From the NCBI GenBank assembly GCA_048881705.1, contig JBHLSH010000017.1, positions 1 to 51,621 of the forward strand: 51,621 nt of DNA, read 5' to 3'. Both the position numbers and the translations under genes were made by a program. The notes below the pieces were generated by a model. It was given only the letters and a program-made list of their open reading frames with translations, was not told the DNA's origin and made no database searches. Source of the stretch: Candidatus Heimdallarchaeota archaeon (GTDB lineage Archaea > Asgardarchaeota > Heimdallarchaeia > Hodarchaeales > Hodarchaeaceae). Positions 39,170 to 48,358 of the stretch are shown here, in pieces. How positions within the stretch are numbered: position 1 is the stretch's first letter; each line of letters starts with the position of its first letter.

Positions 39170-40714
39170 CTAGTAGGAAGTTCTAAGTCGTAATTTTCTA
39201 AAAGCTATTATTGCAATTATTGACAGTGAAATCATCAGTAACGTCCAAGCTGAGGTCGTCGCGGTGTAGGTTGTAGATGTCCTGGGATCTACAAGAGGAA
39301 AATGATCGATTCCATCTCCGGGACCATCAATCTCGCAGGGAGTATTCCAAATAAATCCATCATTTTTGGCTGAGGGATAGCCATTAAGGTAATAAGAACC
39401 CCAAAAATTACCTATTGTACCGTTATCCCACAGGTTTTCATTGGAACTTTCATCTTCAAATGCTTGCCCGTTAATATTTCCATAAATCTCATTTTGATAA
39501 ATTAAATTGACCCTGCTGTCAAATGTTAACTGGATTCCGTAATCTTGGTTATTAGTGACAATATTACCAGAAAGAGTATTATTGCATGAAGAATGTGCAC
39601 TAAATCCAGATTTAAAGTTGCGGTTGACAATATTCCGTGTTAAAAGGTTGTTATTGGACCAATATAGAAGCCAGATTCCAGAATCGTTGTTGTAGTTCAC
39701 GGTATTCTGAAATAGAATATTCCACTCGCTCCAAAACAGGAGTACTCCAAATTCATTATAATCAACCTTACTTTGGGAAATAGAGTTATTATCGGAATAG
39801 GATAAGCGAATTCCATGATCTTGACTAAAACCAACTGAATTTCGCGTAAGAGTGTTATTGTGACTTGAAATCAAGTAGATTCCATTATTCTCATTATGAT
39901 TTGCGACATTCTTGTCAAGTGAATTGTAACTCGAAGATCTCAAATGGATTCCGTGATCCTCATTCCAACTTGCTGTATTTCCCGTAAGAATGTTGTAATT
40001 GCTTGATTTGTACAAATATATGCCATAATCCTTGTGGTAACTTGCATTGTTATAAGAGATCAGGTTTTTGTTACTTGAGGAAGCCAGGTGGATTCCGTAG
40101 TAATGATTACCGCTTGCATTATTCCACGAAATGCTGTTATTGCTGGAAGAAAATAGATAAATCCCATGATGATTATTATAAACTACAGAATTACGTTTAA
40201 GAGTATTGTTGTTTGAAGAAATCAGATGGATTCCATTTTGATTGTTGATAAGAGAATTATTTACCACATTCACATTTGTGGAATTGTATAAGAAAATCCC
40301 AGAATTGTTTAAGGATAATCGATCTCCTCCTCCATTACCTTTAATAGTGCATTTTTTAATAATAAGATACGCATTCGTTGATCGTACCTCTATACCGTTC
40401 GAATTCACGGGACTAATGAAGAAATTCTGGATAATATAAGGTGAAGAAAGACTCCCGTTTCCCATTAATCCTTCTATTTTTGTAAAAGAGGCCAGATCTT
40501 CATTCCCGTCAATTAGAATCGGATCATGATCCATGATACTCTTAGGATACTTAATCCCCTTTTTAAATCCAAAATCCGATTTTATTATCTCATCTGAAGT
40601 TTGGAAAACAGAAAAGAGAGTTATTACCATTAGTAGCAGAATAACGAGGTTTTCATTATTTTTGTAAAAATTCACAACCCAGAGATCTCGTTTTTCAGTT
40701 TTTAACTTTTCCAA
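39170..40714 (-). CDS. NosD/CASH right-handed beta-helix surface protein with C-terminal membrane anchor
   Basis: About 12 GIxL..S.NN repeats of 22-24 aa, GN.W, D.FPL, Thr-rich linker, TM plus basic tail; HDPILIDGN N-terminal motif. Start is uncertain. Confidence 0.85.
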   Translation of the reverse strand: MEKLKTEKRDLWVVNFYKNNENLVILLLMVITLFSVFQTSDEIIKSDFGFKKGIKYPKSIMDHDPILIDGNEDLASFTKIEGLMGNGSLSSPYIIQNFFISPVNSNGIEVRSTNAYLIIKKCTIKGNGGGDRLSLNNSGIFLYNSTNVNVVNNSLINNQNGIHLISSNNNTLKRNSVVYNNHHGIYLFSSSNNSISWNNASGNHYYGIHLASSSNKNLISYNNASYHKDYGIYLYKSSNYNILTGNTASWNEDHGIHLRSSSYNSLDKNVANHNENNGIYLISSHNNTLTRNSVGFSQDHGIRLSYSDNNSISQSKVDYNEFGVLLFWSEWNILFQNTVNYNNDSGIWLLYWSNNNLLTRNIVNRNFKSGFSAHSSCNNTLSGNIVTNNQDYGIQLTFDSRVNLIYQNEIYGNINGQAFEDESSNENLWDNGTIGNFWGSYYLNGYPSAKNDGFIWNTPCEIDGPGDGIDHFPLVDPRTSTTYTATTSAWTLLMISLSIIAIIAFRKLRLRTSY

Positions 40715-40779
40715 CCTGGTAAAGGGCTGCCTAGTTCCTCAGAACTGGTTTAAATGCTGTGATTTGACCAAATTTGACG

Positions 40780-40804
40780 AAAAAAAAAGGAAAAAGGGGA
40801 GGGG
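40780..40804 (-). terminator. Pyrimidine/oligo-T terminator candidate for the S8 protease gene
   Basis: Minus strand CCCCTCCCCTTTTTCCTTTTTTTTT just after the stop. Confidence 0.55.
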
Positions 40805-40810
40805 ATTCAA

Positions 40811-42139
40811 CTATGCCGCAGCAATCGCAGCATCTGCTTGTACTAATCCAGATCCCGTCGCGTCGGCACCCCAAGCTTGAGGCCCAACCAAGAAGACATT
40901 AGCAAATCCTGGGGGAATTGGAAGTGCTGTTCCTTTCAAAATACTTTCGATATCCCCTTGAAATAGCGTCGGATTCCTTTCTAGCATCATTGCCGCAACC
41001 GCGGAAACGTGCGGAGTCGCCATACTGGTACCACCCAAATAATAGAAGTTGCCCGGGTTCCATCCGGCCAAATCCCCTATTCCAGAAGACCACCATGGAA
41101 TATGGCTATATCCGGGAAATCCAGGAAAAGGACCCCGAACCCAGCTTCCAGGCGCCAAGACGTCTAACTCTTGACCAGGTAGCTCCCGACTGCTGAAATC
41201 GGTCACATAGACTTCATCGGTAGGTGTTGGTTCGGAAATATCTACCCAAGGTAATAAATCACTTTGTAACCACCACATTCGGTAGAAAGGATCCCCACTA
41301 GGCAATAACCACTCTTTTGTCCAACCTGAGGCTCCTACCGAGATCACTGGTGCATAGGCACCTGGAAAACTCATTCCATCAGTACCTTCATTCCCAGCCG
41401 CCGCCACTACTATGACTCCCAGTGATATTGCTCTGTCAATGGCTGCTTTTTCTTCTGGTTCAAGCGAGGATCCACCTAAACTCATGGATATAACATATTT
41501 ATTTCCAGGATTTGATTCTGCAAGGTCTGAAATGTAATCAATACCTGCTGCAACCATATTAGTTGTACCAAAATTCACGGTTTCAGCGGTATGAAAATCA
41601 CCGAATTCATCAGTATACGCAGGTAGTTGATAATCGGCTAGAACCTTAACTGGAATTACTGTTACCTCTGGTGCTATTCCTCTAACCATGAATGCGGGTA
41701 AAGGATAGCCACTGGCTGCATCGAAGTTTGCTCTGTAGAAATATCCGAGAATGGTACTTGTTACATGTGTACCATGTGTAGAGGAAACACTTCCAATGAA
41801 ATTTGTTGTGTGCATATTTCCTGTTTCCAAGAAATCTTTAATTTTGGGATCCCAATGAAGCTCTTCATAGAATCCAATTCCAAGATCCGTGGCAATCCTG
41901 TTTTCTGGAAAATAGTCTCTCCAATTGGGAGCTAATCCAGTATCAAGTACAGCAACATAAACTCCAGCGCCAGTCTCGTCAACGGCTTCTATGTTTATCA
42001 TATCAGAGTCCCACGTGGAATATCCACCTGCTGTACTGGAAACATTTCGGAAAGGATTTCCCCCCGCTACTGGAAAAGCAAATAAAACTAGAAATGCTAC
42101 AAATCCTATAAAGGAAATCCTTCGTTTAACGTTCTTCAT
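40811..42139 (-). CDS. Secreted S8 (subtilisin-like) serine protease
   Basis: Signal peptide; triad VLDTG, HGTHV, GTSMATPHV; AAAGN oxyanion residue. Confidence 0.93.
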   Translation of the reverse strand: MKNVKRRISFIGFVAFLVLFAFPVAGGNPFRNVSSTAGGYSTWDSDMINIEAVDETGAGVYVAVLDTGLAPNWRDYFPENRIATDLGIGFYEELHWDPKIKDFLETGNMHTTNFIGSVSSTHGTHVTSTILGYFYRANFDAASGYPLPAFMVRGIAPEVTVIPVKVLADYQLPAYTDEFGDFHTAETVNFGTTNMVAAGIDYISDLAESNPGNKYVISMSLGGSSLEPEEKAAIDRAISLGVIVVAAAGNEGTDGMSFPGAYAPVISVGASGWTKEWLLPSGDPFYRMWWLQSDLLPWVDISEPTPTDEVYVTDFSSRELPGQELDVLAPGSWVRGPFPGFPGYSHIPWWSSGIGDLAGWNPGNFYYLGGTSMATPHVSAVAAMMLERNPTLFQGDIESILKGTALPIPPGFANVFLVGPQAWGADATGSGLVQADAAIAAA

Positions 42140-42706
42140 TTTTCATTTACTCCTAATTGGGAGTTTAGTAATCTACCAAAGATAGAAAGAGCGCGATTAA
42201 CAGAAAACTGGCAATGAATTAATAAGAGAATCACACACTCCGTTTCCATTCCATTCAGGTAGTCACCAAACTCCAATATCACGGATTGATGTGAATTTTC
42301 TCCGTGACCCATGTATCTATCTGTTAGGGACAGTGGATAAGTAATCCAATCACCTATGATACGAACTGACAGAATTGTACCTCTGCATTTTAACGATTTC
42401 TAGCATTATTCAAATCCTCAAGGCCGTTTCCCTAAATTAATTTCAAGCATCACTGGTTGAACCGTGAGTCAGATTGAAATACGATAAAACCATACCAGTC
42501 CCTTGCGAATACTATTTCATATCAATCATAACAGGGATTATTCTTAGAGATTAACAACAGATTTACTAACCTCCAGAACCGAAGTCGAGATAAATCCCAA
42601 AATTCTTTATCGGATTTCGCATCTATAGTAAAAGGTATCTCTTTAAATCCTTTGAAAAATCTGTATCCTACATTGTTTCATTGATATTTGGTTAGTTGAG
42701 TTCCGA

Positions 42707-44353
42707 ATGCGGTCATTTGACAGAGTCTTGACAGGACTTATTCTCTGGGGATTATTATTTTTGGGACTCTTCTGGCTCGTTCCAGGTGTTTCGACTCAAG
42801 TGGTATTAGATCCTAGTTACACATTAGTCTCACTGGTGACGTTGTTTCTAGGTTTGATAGTTATAGGCACATATTATGCACTTTATCGAAAGGAAAAGAA
42901 TCAGATTTTGATAGAGCTGATTTCACTAAAGGAGAAGGGAATTCAGGTCTTCTTAGACAGATTCGAACTCCTATTATATGGACGTGATGCTGGAGATCTT
43001 CCGAGAATAAGCAATCTCGCTTTTAATTATAATGCCAGAGCTATTGTGCAACCAAGGAACTTAGAAGAATTGTGTGAGATTCTCAAGCTCTGTGTTAAGA
43101 ATAAAATCCCACTAATTCCTCGGGCTGCAGGTACAAGTGGCTATGGTGGAGTTATTCCTATCGAATCGGGAATTATAGTTAACCTTAGGGATTTTAACAA
43201 GATTATTGGGTTGAATAGGGAGGAAAAAACAGTTGTTGTGGAATCGGGTGTTATTTGGTTCAAGTTATTAAAATACTTGGAGGAAGAAGGCCTAACATTA
43301 CCCTGCTACCCTTCTTCAAGCTTATCTTCAACAGTTGGAGGTTGGATATCCCAAGGAGGATACGGGATAGGTAGTAGCAAATACGGGAGTCTTGAAGAAC
43401 ACGTTTTTTCTGTCACGCTTGTTGATATGGGGGGTACTGAACGAACTTTTGAGAACACAGCGGATTTCATCGGGAGCTATGGAACTTTGGGCGTCATTAC
43501 TCGCATCAAGCTCCGTGTAATCTCCAAAACTCAGATGAAACATCTAGCCGTGACGGCAGATCAAGAGAAATCGCTATTCAGAGCTGCTCAACCTTTACAA
43601 GAACTAATTCCCTATTTTTTACGATTTGTGGATCGCAGAAATCTCAGGAAACCAACTTCACGTCCGAATATCATATCGCTGGAATCTTCCCTCCCCCTGA
43701 GCGGGGGAGTTTTGTCAATATCATTTAGGGAGGAGGATTGGGTTCCTGACTTATTCGAGGAGATCATCCGAGAACATGGTCTTACACTACTTTCAGATGA
43801 TTGGGGAGATACACTTTGGAAAGAGAGGTTCTATACATTGCGAATGAAACGAAGAGGCCCCTCTCTAATAATAGCAGAGATTAATATTCCAACAAGGGAG
43901 CTAGAACGCGTATTACAAACGTTAAACTTTAAATTTGATGAATATAACTATACAAAGGAGTTTATTACAAATAAAGGGGGCATTACCACCATACTTGTCT
44001 GGTTTCCCGATGATATTCGAAAAGATTCTCGATTTGGAATAAGATCAATTTCATTTCTTTTTCGGTCACTTCGCCCCTACCTTATCCTTAGGATCGCCCG
44101 ACAATATGGTGGGTTTGGTTACAGTACAGGTCTATGGTATTCTCCCTATTCAAAGAGTATTCTAGGGCCTAAATTGGAGAGGTTTAGAATATTAAAAAAA
44201 CAGCATGACCCCTACAAGTTGTTGAATCCAGGAAAAATATGGGCTCCATATTTTCCGAGATTTTTTCCCATAATTCCCTATTCCATTCTAATTCGTATTT
44301 TCATTCCGATTTTCGACATCATTCTCCGGATATTCCCCCGTAAATACAGATAA
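42707..44353 (+). CDS. FAD-binding oxidoreductase (PCMH/GlcD-like) with N-terminal TMs
   Basis: P....E, IPRAAGTSGYGG, VESGV.W, PSSSLSSTVGGW, GSYGTLGVIT, DP..LLNPGK. Confidence 0.85.
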   Translation: MRSFDRVLTGLILWGLLFLGLFWLVPGVSTQVVLDPSYTLVSLVTLFLGLIVIGTYYALYRKEKNQILIELISLKEKGIQVFLDRFELLLYGRDAGDLPRISNLAFNYNARAIVQPRNLEELCEILKLCVKNKIPLIPRAAGTSGYGGVIPIESGIIVNLRDFNKIIGLNREEKTVVVESGVIWFKLLKYLEEEGLTLPCYPSSSLSSTVGGWISQGGYGIGSSKYGSLEEHVFSVTLVDMGGTERTFENTADFIGSYGTLGVITRIKLRVISKTQMKHLAVTADQEKSLFRAAQPLQELIPYFLRFVDRRNLRKPTSRPNIISLESSLPLSGGVLSISFREEDWVPDLFEEIIREHGLTLLSDDWGDTLWKERFYTLRMKRRGPSLIIAEINIPTRELERVLQTLNFKFDEYNYTKEFITNKGGITTILVWFPDDIRKDSRFGIRSISFLFRSLRPYLILRIARQYGGFGYSTGLWYSPYSKSILGPKLERFRILKKQHDPYKLLNPGKIWAPYFPRFFPIIPYSILIRIFIPIFDIILRIFPRKYR

Positions 44354-44386
44354 AGGCGCATCAAGGGCCAAAAAACCAGTAAAAGT

Positions 44387-45181
44387 TCACTTTCCTTCTG
44401 TTTGAGGAAGGTCATCTAAACAATTCATCTGAACGAATTCATCTATTTTTGCGAACGCTTCTTCAGCTTCTTCGGTATAAAAAAACCAACGTGCTCCTTT
44501 TTCGTGGGTATAACGTTCCTTTAGCGGTGCATTGACTAGTTTATCAAAAATAAAATCTGACGAAGTATAATCGTCTTTATGATGAATAATTAAGGTGGGT
44601 TGAGATATGAGAGACAGACGCTGGTTTGTAAATCCGATGATCCGGTAAAGTTCGATTAACGCCTCAGTCGGTCGCTTTGTATAGAAAAATTGCCCATCCT
44701 CGTCCAAAGAATCTAAAGAACCAAGGTCAGAGACTGTTTGGAAATCTTTTTTGAAATATTTAATGAATGGCAGTATTGTTTTTACCATGGCCGAGGGGGC
44801 GTGATGACTTGGCGTAATCAGAATCAAACCATGAATATTTTCACGTTCTGGGGATGCAGCGAGCATTACTGCTAGAATAGAGCCAAGGCCAACTCCTATA
44901 ATTATGCAGCGGTCGTAATTTTCTCGTAAATAGACAAATCCCGCTCTTGCATCGGCATACCAATCAAGCCATGTGGTATGCCGTAAATCCTCTGGGTGAG
45001 AACCGTGTCCCGGAAGAAGCGGTGCAATACCAGAGTACCCTTTATTGCGTAAATAAGCTCCAAGTGGCCTGACCTCAGATGGACTCGTCGTAAAAGAATG
45101 TATGAGTAGACATCCTATGGACTGATTCTTACCATAACCCTTGAACTCAAATGGTAACGCTACTGGGTCAATCTCGTGCAT
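44387..45181 (-). CDS. Carboxylesterase-like (YvaK/Est30) alpha/beta protein, catalytic residues apparently missing
   Basis: LIHSFTTSP.EVRPLG.YL...GY, P.LPGHG..P, W..W; the elbow reads GVGLG instead of GxSxG. Confidence 0.75.
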   Translation of the reverse strand: MHEIDPVALPFEFKGYGKNQSIGCLLIHSFTTSPSEVRPLGAYLRNKGYSGIAPLLPGHGSHPEDLRHTTWLDWYADARAGFVYLRENYDRCIIIGVGLGSILAVMLAASPERENIHGLILITPSHHAPSAMVKTILPFIKYFKKDFQTVSDLGSLDSLDEDGQFFYTKRPTEALIELYRIIGFTNQRLSLISQPTLIIHHKDDYTSSDFIFDKLVNAPLKERYTHEKGARWFFYTEEAEEAFAKIDEFVQMNCLDDLPQTEGK

Positions 45182-45256
45182 GAACTCCGCTCGTTAGCTT
45201 TCTAAGAGACTTTTTTAATAAGGTTTATTGAACTTCATAGACTGAAGATAGTCAAG

Positions 45257-45263
45257 TATATAA
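45257..45263 (+). promoter_or_regulatory. TATA box candidate for the KaiC-like gene
   Basis: TATATAA begins 26 nt before the ATG, compatible with a leaderless or near-leaderless mRNA. Confidence 0.45.
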
Positions 45264-45282
45264 CTTAAGAATTCACCATCAT

Positions 45283-46068
45283 ATGGGAAAGATCATGTCT
45301 TCAGGTCACCAATTTCAAACAGGTCTTCGTAGCTTGGATATTTTTTTAGGGGGCGAGGAAAATCCTGGTCTACCGGACAAAAGCGTAATTCTTGTTCTAG
45401 GACAACCTGGTACCAAATTCGTAGAATTTACGACTCAAATCCTCTATCGAATTCTTCAGCGAGGGTCAACTGAAAAGGTCATCTACCTTAGCTACGAAAA
45501 GAAACCTGAAGATATAGTTGAAGAGATGCAGGTTTACAATTTTAGCCTTGAGAATTACATCAAGGACGGTAGCTGGCAATTTATGGACGCTTTCACGGCC
45601 AGAATTGCGGCTGAAAGTGCTGTTATAGGATTACATAATCTTCCGGGCGCCAATTTTGGTAAGGAGTACGCCCAAGACTCGTTGAGATATTTTAGCAGGC
45701 AATTTGTTCCAGAAGTTCTCAAATATGATAGTATTTGTACTTGTATTCACTCTATGTCTTCATTGATCAGAAGTAACTCCATAGAATCAGTGAGCATTGC
45801 CATTGAGACTCTGAAGCATATAGTAAGGGGACGATCTGGGGTTCATTTCGTGCTAATGGTCAAGAATATGCATGAACCTCCCATTGAGGTATTATCTTCC
45901 CATCTTGCAGATTTCGTATTCGAGGTCTCTTTCGGCCGAGTAGGGGGCGGTAAAATTCAAATAAATTTTGCAGTAAGAAAATCATGGAAATCCACACTGC
46001 TTCCGATCTCAGTTCCTATGACAATCGACCGTCGAGGAATTCGTCTCGAAACGGTAGTACGTGTATGA
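45283..46068 (+). CDS. KaiC/RAD55-like RecA-fold protein with degenerate Walker motifs
   Basis: TGL..LD..LGG, V.LV.GQPGT, YLSYEK.PE, DAF, SS+ADFVF, R...V.K pattern; GKT is absent. Confidence 0.8.
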   Translation: MGKIMSSGHQFQTGLRSLDIFLGGEENPGLPDKSVILVLGQPGTKFVEFTTQILYRILQRGSTEKVIYLSYEKKPEDIVEEMQVYNFSLENYIKDGSWQFMDAFTARIAAESAVIGLHNLPGANFGKEYAQDSLRYFSRQFVPEVLKYDSICTCIHSMSSLIRSNSIESVSIAIETLKHIVRGRSGVHFVLMVKNMHEPPIEVLSSHLADFVFEVSFGRVGGGKIQINFAVRKSWKSTLLPISVPMTIDRRGIRLETVVRV

Positions 46069-46186
46069 TCTAAATTCTCTTGAAATATTAGATAATCTGA
46101 TAGTAGGGAGAGAATACACGGTACAATGAAGTCACGATGTTTACTTTTGGCGTAGTTCTTTTTTTCTCCCGTTGGTCAAATTACTC

Positions 46187-47116
46187 TTACTTGAATATAA
46201 CACTTTCTGCGGGAACACCAGCATATCTACGGTAAGATGATATAGAATAAACGAAATTTATTATATCCCGACGTAGGGGGGACAATCTATCGATAGTTAC
46301 ACCAGGTTTACCCCCAGACAAATCAAGGAGGGCATAGTTATAGCGGGCCGCTGGACCTGGATTAACATAAATGCACTTTCTGGTTTTTTTAACCAAGGGA
46401 ATTTCGTGATAATGTCCAAAAACGGCGATATCCGGTTTAAAAAGGTTTATCAGCTCGGTAACCGTTGAGGATCCGCCTTGGTCAACTTTTGCCCCCTCTT
46501 GGACTTTGAAGGCAGGAGGTTCATGAGTGATCAGAATGCGAGTATTTTTTGCGTCTAAGGAATCGGAATCCCTTCTGCTGCTGAGTAGTGGATTTATTCT
46601 GTCCTTATACTCAATGGGGTGATATTCACGATCACAGAGAGGCGTAGTAGATCGTGAACTATCTAATTCAGAACCACCTACTCCAATGAATTCAATATCA
46701 TTTAGAACAAGCTTTGCGCAGTCTAAGAAATACGTTTCGGCCTCGGAATGTTGCAGGATTGTTTCTCTTACCTCGATACAATCAACATTTCCAGGGATAT
46801 ATACTATTGGAATCTTCAGAGTTCCCAAAAGCCTTAGAATTCTGTTGATAGATTGCTTTTGTTTTGAAAGAAATTTAGATCTCCCTTTTCCTTTGTATAC
46901 CCATTTAGTATATTCAGTTTTAGATAAAACCTTTGATGGGTGTTTTATCATGAATTCCAACATCAATGAGATTGGGGTGGTAATGGGCATATCACCAGCA
47001 ATCAGTACCAGATTAATATTTAATCCTTGAGTCTTTATATGCTTAACAACAGTGGAAAGGGCAGTTAAATTTCCATGAATGTCTGAGAGGAGTAATATTC
47101 TCATATTAACACCCAC
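46187..47116 (-). CDS. Calcineurin-like metallophosphoesterase
   Basis: SDIHGN, AGD, PGNVD, THEPP, GHYHE, VNPGP. Confidence 0.9.
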   Translation of the reverse strand: MGVNMRILLLSDIHGNLTALSTVVKHIKTQGLNINLVLIAGDMPITTPISLMLEFMIKHPSKVLSKTEYTKWVYKGKGRSKFLSKQKQSINRILRLLGTLKIPIVYIPGNVDCIEVRETILQHSEAETYFLDCAKLVLNDIEFIGVGGSELDSSRSTTPLCDREYHPIEYKDRINPLLSSRRDSDSLDAKNTRILITHEPPAFKVQEGAKVDQGGSSTVTELINLFKPDIAVFGHYHEIPLVKKTRKCIYVNPGPAARYNYALLDLSGGKPGVTIDRLSPLRRDIINFVYSISSYRRYAGVPAESVIFK

Positions 47117-47163
47117 TCATAAGATTGATCTAGTTGTTTTCATGATTTTGGAATAGTTCATCT

Positions 47164-47718
47164 TTATCTAATTTGGTAATGTTGCTCTTTGCGTTCCACA
47201 ATCTTTCTTCCGATTTCTTGAAACGGTTCCAAATTATTCTCCAAATAAAGGGCACTTGCCTCAATTAGAGGGGCTATATTTCCACTATGTTTCAATAGAG
47301 TTTCTGACATTTTCATTCCTTCTGAGGTAGTTACTGGATCTGGTATTGTGTTTCGTAAATCTATTTTATTTGCAACCAGGACGCATGGAATAGAACCGGT
47401 CTTCTCAATCACTTCATTCATCCACCTCGGAACATTCTCGAAGGTTTCTCGCCGTGAGCAATCGTATACAAGTACAGCCCCGTCAGCCCTGGCATAAAAT
47501 TGCTTTCTAATAGTGCTAAAGGCCTGTTGCCCTGACAGGTCCCAGATCTGCATGATCAGATTGTGACTGTTTACCTTGAGATCTTTCTTGCCAATGTCTA
47601 CACCAACGGTGGCTCTGTATCCAGTAAGGACCGTACCCCCCAAAAATAGCTGAACAAAGGTAGTTTTTCCGACAGCATAATCTCCGCACATTACGATTTT
47701 GGTTCCAATGGTTACCAT
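47164..47718 (-). CDS. Rab-like small GTPase
   Basis: GDYAVGKT, ATVGVD, WDLSGQ, NKID, EASA; no C-terminal Cys. Confidence 0.93.
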   Translation of the reverse strand: MVTIGTKIVMCGDYAVGKTTFVQLFLGGTVLTGYRATVGVDIGKKDLKVNSHNLIMQIWDLSGQQAFSTIRKQFYARADGAVLVYDCSRRETFENVPRWMNEVIEKTGSIPCVLVANKIDLRNTIPDPVTTSEGMKMSETLLKHSGNIAPLIEASALYLENNLEPFQEIGRKIVERKEQHYQIR

Positions 47719-47754
47719 GGAAAACTACCATTAATTGGATGATTTACTGTATAT

Positions 47755-48036
47755 TTAACGATAATCATGGCCGGTTTGTAATAAGCGACCATCTATTTCG
47801 TCTTCTTCCACCACTAGATCGAAACCAGCGCCGATCCGTAGACCATTCTTGAGCTGGTATCCGGACTTACAAATATTTTCAGCTTGACGGCGTGCTGTAC
47901 GGCGTAAAACCAAACCAGTCCCTTCAGAGTATTCGAGTTTTGCAGATTGAGTTACTTCATCAAGGTGGAGAATCGCATCGCCAGATCGTTCTCTAACCTC
48001 CGTAAACTCTCCATCTTTAAATATGAGTCTAAGCAT
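47755..48036 (-). CDS. Small hypothetical protein, possibly a gelsolin-like single domain
   Basis: ATG at 48036 with a GGAG SD; SGDAILHLD...RRTARRQAENI pattern. The CDS is well supported; the fold assignment is weak. Confidence 0.5.
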   Translation of the reverse strand: MLRLIFKDGEFTEVRERSGDAILHLDEVTQSAKLEYSEGTGLVLRRTARRQAENICKSGYQLKNGLRIGAGFDLVVEEDEIDGRLLQTGHDYR

Positions 48037-48358
48037 GAATATTATCTCCTGAAAATAAGACAAAGCTTTGAGAACGATTGCATCTGTTTCATTCTCAAAC
48101 CAGATAACATGAAGATCTAGACTTTCGACTCTATAAATACATTTGTTAAAGACGCCTGACTCATAACGGCAAAATAATCCTTATCTTGGAGTTTGGTTAC
48201 CCATTCGGAAATCATAATCGTAATCTGGGCTAGACGTCATATCCGTTCTCCAAATAATTCTTCGATGGCCAATTACGAAAATAATAAACGGTAGAATAGG
48301 ACTTGATACAAGGCACCTTGATGAATAGATTTCTATGGACTCAGAGATACAGACTCAG

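Noticed and set aside
42140-42706. 567-nt intergenic gap as a possible ncRNA or hidden gene
   Set aside because: No ORF of 60 aa or more, no C/D box pair, and no convincing long stem found by eye; probably divergent promoters.
42707-44353. Alkyl-DHAP synthase (ether-lipid) assignment paired with PlsC
   Set aside because: The C-terminal HHH catalytic motif of AGPS is absent (YSTGLW instead) and plsC is 15 kb away.
46187-47116. GNVD instead of GNHD as a sign of inactivation
   Set aside because: Loss of this His (for example GNCD) is common in archaeal Icc-like phosphoesterases, and the other metal ligands are intact.
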